64,000 bases of DNA from the human T2T-CHM13v2.0 reference genome, Homo sapiens: the NCBI RefSeq assembly GCF_009914755.1, contig NC_060931.1. One strand, given 5' to 3'. A program made the translations under genes and the position numbers. This document shows positions 51,701 to 64,000 of the stretch, piece after piece. Every line of letters starts with the position of its first letter. Positions within the stretch are counted from its first letter, which is position 1. The notes below the pieces were generated by a model. It made no database searches. It was not told the origin of the DNA and worked only from the letters and a program-made list of their open reading frames with translations.

Positions 51701-52178
51701 GCACCATCTGACCGACGGTATCTTTTTTTTTTTATCCTCCTCTAATAAACTGTAAGCAGGGACAGGATTTCCCAATACCTGAAACTATCCCTGGAATGTG
51801 ATAGACACTGACTGAATACATATTTGCTAAGTAAACATGAATGTATGCACCCTCATACTTAAGCGTTTGCGTTTTAAAATAATTAGACCCGGCCGGGCTT
51901 GGTGGCTCATGCCAGTAACCCCAGCACTTTGGGAGGCCGAGGCGGGCGGATCGCCTGAGGTCAGGAGTTTGAGACTAGCCCGGCCAACATGGTAAAACCC
52001 CGTCTCTACTAAAAATACAAAAATTGCTGGGCGTGGTGGCGCACGCCTGTAGTCCCAGCTATTCGGGAGGCTGAGGCAGGAGAAGTGCTTGAACCCGGGA
52101 GACGGAGGTTGCAGTAGCTGAGATCTGGCCACTGCACTCCAGATGGAGCAACAGAGTGAGACTCCGTCTCAAAATAAA

Positions 52179-52224
52179 TACATACATACATACATACATA
52201 CATACATACATACATACATACATA
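52179..52224. repeat. (TACA)n tetranucleotide repeat in an Alu tail
   Basis: Directly visible. Confidence 0.95.
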
Positions 52225-52546
52225 CTTAGAGCCGACAGGATGGCTCACGCCTGTAATTCCAGCATTTCAGGAGGCCCAAGCGGGAGGATCCCTTGAGGCC
52301 AGTCGTTCCAGACCAGCCTGGGCAACACAGCAAGAACCCCCAGGCCCTCTACAAAAAATAAACATTTCCTGGAGACTGAGGGGGAGGATCGCTTGAGCCC
52401 AGGAGTTCCAGGCTGCAGTGAGCTGAGATTGCGCCACTCCACTCCAGCCTGGATGACAGAGCAAGACTCTTGTCTCCTCAACAAATAAATACATAAAAAT
52501 ATTTTACTAATAAAAATCCCTGGGGAAAGTTCATTCTCTGGAATCA

Positions 52547-52729
<183 letters not shown>

Positions 52730-53084
52730 TCATGCCTGTAATCCCAGCACTTTGGGAGGCCGAGGCAGGTGAATCACCTGAGGTCAGGAGTTCGAGACTA
52801 GCCTGACCCCGTCTCTACTAAAAAAATAAATACAAAAATTAGCCAGGCGTGGTGGTGTGCACCTGTAATCCCAGCTACTTGGGAGGCTCAGGCAGCAGAA
52901 TTGCTTGAACCCAGGAGATGGAGGTTGCAGTGAGCCAAGATGGTACCTCCAACCTGGGCAACAGAGCGAGACTCCATTTCAAAAAAATAAAATCTTAAAA
53001 TCATGAAAAAAAAAAAGAAGAAGAAAGAAAGAAAAAAGAACTGGGTTTGAATACTGGAACTAATTCTGGGTGACCCTAAGCAAG

Positions 53085-54692
<1,608 letters not shown>

Positions 54693-54865
54693 TCATAACC
54701 CCCAGGCCTCTTTCCCCCTCCAACTTCATAGGCTTGATCCACTTATTAGTATGAAGAGGTCTCTGGTGAGCTCCAATTGTGGATCACGGGGGTGGCTGGG
54801 GAACAGAGGGACAGTCCTTGCCCCCAAAGAGCTCATGGTTTCGTCCACAGTAAAGTACAACTTTA

Positions 54866-55210
<345 letters not shown>

Positions 55211-55575
55211 CTATTGGGGCCTAATTCTGGCCCAGGCAAGCATCTGGGAGAGTTTCACAGAACCCTGAAGTTTCTCTCCTCCAGGCCTCCTGCCACCTGC
55301 CTGTCCTCCTCCTTTCTCCTCTGCTCAGCCACTCTGGTCCATGATGTGTGAAACACTCAAGGTCTCATCTACGCACTGCAAGGGTCCCTTCTCTGGGGAA
55401 AATACTTTCCCCCTGGTCTTGCTGGTTCTGGCCATAACTCAAATGTTGCATCTTCCTAGCACGTCTTCCCTGGAATTCTCTTTCCCAGCCTCTCTGACCC
55501 ATTCCTCCTTTTTTCCCTATAATCTGTTACAAGATGTGCTTTTCTTTTTTTTTTGTTTTGTCTTTTCTTTTTTGA

Positions 55576-55987
<412 letters not shown>

Positions 55988-56072
55988 TGAGCCACCGCGC
56001 CCGGCGAATTTTGTATTTTTAGTAGAGACGGGGTTTCTCCATGTTGAGGCTGGTCTCGAGTTCCTGACCTCA

Positions 56073-56246
<174 letters not shown>

Positions 56247-56787
56247 TTATCCAGGCTGGAGCGCAATGGCACAATCACAGCTCTCTGCAGCCTCAACTCC
56301 TGGACTGAAGCAGTCCTCCCACCTCAGCCTCCCAAGGGAGAGCTGGGACCACAGGCATGCACCACAATGTCCAGCTAATTTTGTTTATTTTTTGTACTGA
56401 CAGGGTCTCACTTTGTTGCCCAGGCTGATCTCAAACTCCTGGGCTGAAGCGATCCTCCCACCTCCCAAAGTGCTGGGATTACAGGCATGAGCCACTCTGC
56501 CCAGCCTGACCTGTTTATTTTCTGTCCTCCACTAGAACAGTGCTTGGCAGTAGCAGGCCCTTGATCAATGTTTGCCAAATAAATGGTGAATTGAATGAGA
56601 TGATGCATCTCGTGTCCAGTGCAGAGGAGTGATTCAATCAACAGAAACTATAACCACTAATACTGTTATGAATTCTAGTAAGGAAGGACTCCCACATTGC
56701 ATGGGTGTCCCCAAGTTTCAGGAACATTCAACATGAAAACCAATGAGGCTGGGTGCAGTGGCTCACACCTGTAATCTCAGCACTTTA

Positions 56788-57039
<252 letters not shown>

Positions 57040-57486
57040 TTATTCTCACACAGGCCTTTCTGGGATTGGAGAGGCCGGATCTGGGTGACAGTTCCTCACA
57101 GTGTCCCCACAGCTCATGGTGTGAGAGCCCCCTGGAGCGCCTGGCTGACTGTGGTGGGCAGTGGGACCCTGAGGCCAGGACAGAGCACTAGGCCCTGTGA
57201 GTTCACTGAGACCCTGGCACAGGACCCAGAAATGAGGCAGGCTATGGTAGTGGTCTGTGACCGCCCCACTCTCCACTCCTTTTCAATTCATCCACAGTGG
57301 GGTCCGAAGCCAGGCGCAGTGGCTGTAATCCCAGCACTTTGGGAGGCAGAGGTGGGAAGATTCCTTGAGTGCAGGAGTTCGAGACCAGCCTGGGCCAACT
57401 GGCGAAACCCCATTACGACAAAAATTAGCCAGGATGGTTGCAATGCTACCATCTATCTTTCTTTTCTTTCTTTTTTTTTTTTTTGA

Positions 57487-57648
<162 letters not shown>

Positions 57649-57972
57649 TAGTAGAGACGGGGTTTCGCCACATTGGCCAGGCTGGTCCCCAACTCCTGAC
57701 CTCAGGTGATCCAACCGCCTTGGCCTCCCAAAGTGCTGGGATTACAGGTGTGAGCCACTGCGCCTGGTCGCCATCATCTATCTTTCTTTCCTTTTCTTTT
57801 TCTTTCTCTCTTTCTTAAATAGAGAAAGAGTCCCACTGTGTTGCCCAGGCTAGTCTCTAAACTCAAGAATGAATTCTAGGCTGGGCGCTGTGGCTCACGC
57901 CTGTAATCCCAGCACTCTGGGAGGCCGAGGCAGGTGGATCATGAGGTCAGGAGTTCGAGACCAGCCTGGTCA

Positions 57973-58380
<408 letters not shown>

Positions 58381-58413
58381 TTTTTTGGAACTGCGTTTTT
58401 GTTTTTTTTTTGA

Positions 58414-58521
<108 letters not shown>

Positions 58522-59105
58522 TAGCTGGGATTACAGGCATGTGCTACCACACCCAGCTAATTTTTTTTTTTCCCCAAGACGGAGTCTAACTCTGTCACCC
58601 AGGCCGGAGTGCAATGGCGTGATTTTAGCTCACTGAAACCTTCACCTCCCGGGTTCAAGTGATTCTCCTGCCTCAGCCTCCTGACTAGCTGGGATTGTAG
58701 GCACGTGTCACCATGCCCAGCTAATTTTTGTATTTGTAGTAGGGACAGGGTTTCGCCATTTGGCCAAGCTGCTCTTGAACTCCTGACCTCAAGTGATCCA
58801 CCCGTCTCAGCCTCCCAAAGTGCTGGGATTACAGGTGTGAGCCACTGGGCCAGGCTTGAACTGCATATCTGGCCTTCTCACTCCTGGGGATCCTCCCACT
58901 CATACCTAATGGCCTCAGGGCCGTTGCATGAGCTACTCACCTTGGTGAGTGGCCCTCACCCCAACTATGGCTAATTTCTCTTCATCTTCCTCACATCCCT
59001 TCTGCAGAACCCCTACCCTTCCCTAGACCATGTCACGATTCCGTCGCATCCTCTGCCATTGTCCCTCGGAATATTCCTAGATGGCATTTATCACTGTGGA
59101 TAGTT

Positions 59106-59139
59106 ACCACTACTCAGCGTTTTGGCTAAGATCAAGTGT
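59106..59139 (+). pseudogene. 3'-truncated U2 snRNA retrocopy (U2 nt 1-34)
   Basis: ACCACTACTCAGCGTTTTGGCTAAGATCAAGTGT matches the U2 5' end at 29/34 positions and is flanked by degenerate 16-bp direct repeats. Confidence 0.85.
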
Positions 59140-59357
59140 TCCATCATCGTGGGTAATTAAATATGCATTTTTAATTAATTAAATATTTAAGTAATTAGTC
59201 ATATTTGATTAATTAAATATCTGCATTTAATTACAGGTGGCTCATACGTGTAATCCCAGTACTTTGGAAGGTGGAGGCAAGAGGACTGCTTGAGGCCAGG
59301 AGTTTCAGATCAGCCCAAGCAATATAGCAAGACCTCCATCTCTACAAAAGATTTTTA

Positions 59358-59507
<150 letters not shown>

Positions 59508-59585
59508 TCACGCCTGTAATCCCAACACTTTGGGAGGCCGAGGCGGGCGGATCACGAGGACAGGAGATCGAGACCATCCTGGCTA

Positions 59586-59900
<315 letters not shown>

Positions 59901-60027
59901 TTACACCACTGCACTAAGCCTGGGCAACAGAACAAGATCACATCTCTAAAAATAAAAATAAAATAGCCAGGCGTAGTGGCTCACACCTGTAATCCCAGAA
60001 CTTCAGGAGGCCGAGGGAGGTGGATCA

Positions 60028-60616
<589 letters not shown>

Positions 60617-61169
60617 TTACTGATATGCCCAATTCTCAAATGGGGATATGGGCAGTGATGTGACTTCCCAAAGCCACATAGACAACGTGTCTGACAATCA
60701 ACCAATGCTCCATTCTGTCTTGGAGGTTGTATCTCCTCTTTGGGCCTGTGTCCCCAGTCAATCCATGCCTCTGAGACACACCACCTCCCCAGGGGACTCC
60801 TCTGGCCTCCGGAGCCAGCTCAAGCATTCTTCCTCCAGGAAGCCCTCTGGGGAAGCCTACTCAAGAGTGACGGCCCAATTAGCCAGGCATGGTGGTCCAC
60901 ACCTGTAGTCCCAGCTACGTGGGAGGTCGAGGCGGGAGGATTGTGTGAGTCCAGGAGTTGGAGGTTACAGTAAACTATGATCACAGTGCTGCACTCCAGC
61001 CTGGGTGACAGAGTGAGACTCTGATTGTAAAAAATGAAATAGGCTGGACGTGATGGCTCACGCCTGCAAACCCAGCACTTTGGGGAGCCAAGACGAGTGG
61101 ATGGCTTGAGGCCAGGAGTTCAAGACCAGCCTGGGCAATATAGCAAGACCCCATCTCTACAAAAAATAA

Positions 61170-61417
<248 letters not shown>

Positions 61418-61995
61418 TAGAGATGGGGTTTCACCACGATGGCCAGGCTGGTCTCGAACTCCTGACCTCATGTGATCCGACTGCCTCGGTCTCCCAAAGT
61501 GCTGGGATGAACTCTTGACCTCACGTGATCCGACTGCCTCAGTCTCCCAAAGTGCTAGGATGACGGGCATGAGACACTGCACCTGGCTCCTTTGTTTTTT
61601 GGGGGGAGGGGACAGAGTCTCACTCTGTCTCCCAGGCTGGAGTGCAGTGACACAATCTTGGCTCAATGCAACCTCTGCCTCCTAGATTCAAGTGATTCTT
61701 CTGCCTCAGCCTCCCGAGTAGCTAGGATTACAGGTGCACGCCACCCTGCCCGGCTAACTTTTGTGTTTTTAGTAGAGATGAGGTCTCACCATGTTGGTCA
61801 GGCTGGTCTCCCTTTGCTTTTTAAAATCTGTGTTTCTGGCCCTCTTCCTCTTTCTCTTGGAGTAGGTGGTGGCAGCAGACGCTTGTGCAGCTATACGCAA
61901 GATTAAGGCTGGGACTTCCTTGGCAAGAAGCAGGAGCTGCTGAAGTTGCTGGTCAACCTATGGGTGAAGCTGTCCCAGCTGTGCATCACCAATGT

Positions 61996-62456
<461 letters not shown>

Positions 62457-62590
62457 TCAGGAGACTGAGACAGGAGAATCGCTTGAACCCAGGAGGCAAA
62501 AGTTGCAGTGAGCCAAGATCACACCACACCACTGCACTCCAGCCTGGGTGACAGAACAAGACTCCATCTCAAAAAAAAGAAAAAAATTGA

Positions 62591-62866
<276 letters not shown>

Positions 62867-63116
62867 TAGATAAGGTTTGAAGTATGTCTACACCTGCAAG
62901 ACCACCACCACAATCGACATAATGAACATCACCCGATGCTCGTGTTCATCAAAGTCTCTGCTCTCTCTTCCTATGATCACAGCATGTCACTGTACACTCA
63001 TTTGTTTGCCTTCGTGCTTGTGATGTCTTCCCCATTAAACTGGGTGCCTGGTGAGGACACGGAACACATCTGGTTGGTTCTCCTCTATACCCGCACTATC
63101 TGGCACAAATAGTGAT

Positions 63117-63235
63117 TGGATGGATGGATGGATGGATGAATGAATGGATGAATGAGCAAATGAATGAATGAATGAGCAAATGAATTAAGTCCTCAATGAA
63201 TGAATGAATGAATGAATGAATGGGCAAATGAATTA
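63117..63235. repeat. (TGGA)n/(TGAA)n repeat, probably an L2 tail
   Basis: Directly visible; preceded by tatctggcacaaatagt, which resembles an L2 3' end. Confidence 0.8.
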
Positions 63236-64000
63236 AATCCTCACTTCCAGACTGACAGCTCCTCCAGGGCAGGGTCCTTGTCCAGGTCATCTCAGTAGCC
63301 TCCCCCACCGTAGAGTGGTCACTCAATGAATGGGGGTTGAATGATTAAGTGGCCCAAGGTGGCCCAGGGCTCACCACTGCAGAAATCAGACCAAAAGAGC
63401 TAGAACCACCCCAGAGAGCCCTTCAGGGGACCTCCAAGATAACACAGGAGGAAGGGTACCACCTTCCTCTCTGCCAGTAGGCCACTGTGCACAGTTGAGA
63501 GTCCAGGCCTCCTGGGGGGACCGGATCATTTCCAGAACAACTGCTATGCACCAGGTGGTGTTTGGGGTAAACGGCATCCCTGCAAGGGATCCTCACCCCC
63601 TTTTCTTCCTTCATTCTCTGCTGGTGTCAATCACAGCTTCTAGCAGAGGGAAGGCAGGCCAGGCTTGGTTTCTTCTTGCGAGAGTATTTAACTCAGGGCC
63701 CTGTAGAACAATGAGAATCTGACCTGCAACTAGCTGGGCGTGCTGGGGCATGCCTGTGTAGTTTCAGCTACTTGGGAGGCTGAGGCAGGAGAATTGCTTG
63801 AGCCCAAAGTTGAGGCTGCAGTGAGCCATGGTTGTGCCATTACACTCCAGCCTGGGCAACACAAGACCCCGTCTCAGAAATAAAAAGAGAACCTGGCCTG
63901 CAGTGCCAGGCAGGCCCTGAGGTCCAGGAGCCTGGGTATCTCCCTCTGCAGCATGGGTCACGAACAAACTGGGCCCTCAGAGGCCACGGGATGGCGCCCA

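Overview
Human (primate) genomic DNA that I recognise as chr7p22.1. It is very Alu-dense and contains one complete protein-coding gene on the minus strand, FBXL18 (F-box/leucine-rich-repeat protein 18). Five coding exons (51176-51193, 42930-43148, 38007-39550, 28775-28993, 19321-19477) join through GT-AG introns into 2157 nt, or 718 aa. The gene has a CpG-island promoter at ~51.3 kb and a ~6 kb 3'UTR ending at an AATAAA at 13377-13382. MIR589 lies in intron 3. Intron 4 holds an in-frame alternative last exon (acceptor 27756) that reads into an antisense Alu, has its own poly(A) signal (26741-26746) and carries a perfect miR-589-5p 8mer site. Also present are U13 and U2 small-RNA retrocopies, MLT1 LTRs, L1 and MER1A fragments, two strong divergent CTCF motifs and a ~120-bp Alu-associated duplication 26.7 kb apart. 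The right end appears to be the 3' flank of ACTB, which lies just outside the window. Almost all other ORFs in the track are Alu-derived or GC-rich noise. I see no new multi-gene system. The best leads are the possible host-gene/intronic-miRNA/alternative-exon circuit and the repeat-derived regulatory motifs. Repeat coordinates are approximate and were read by eye.
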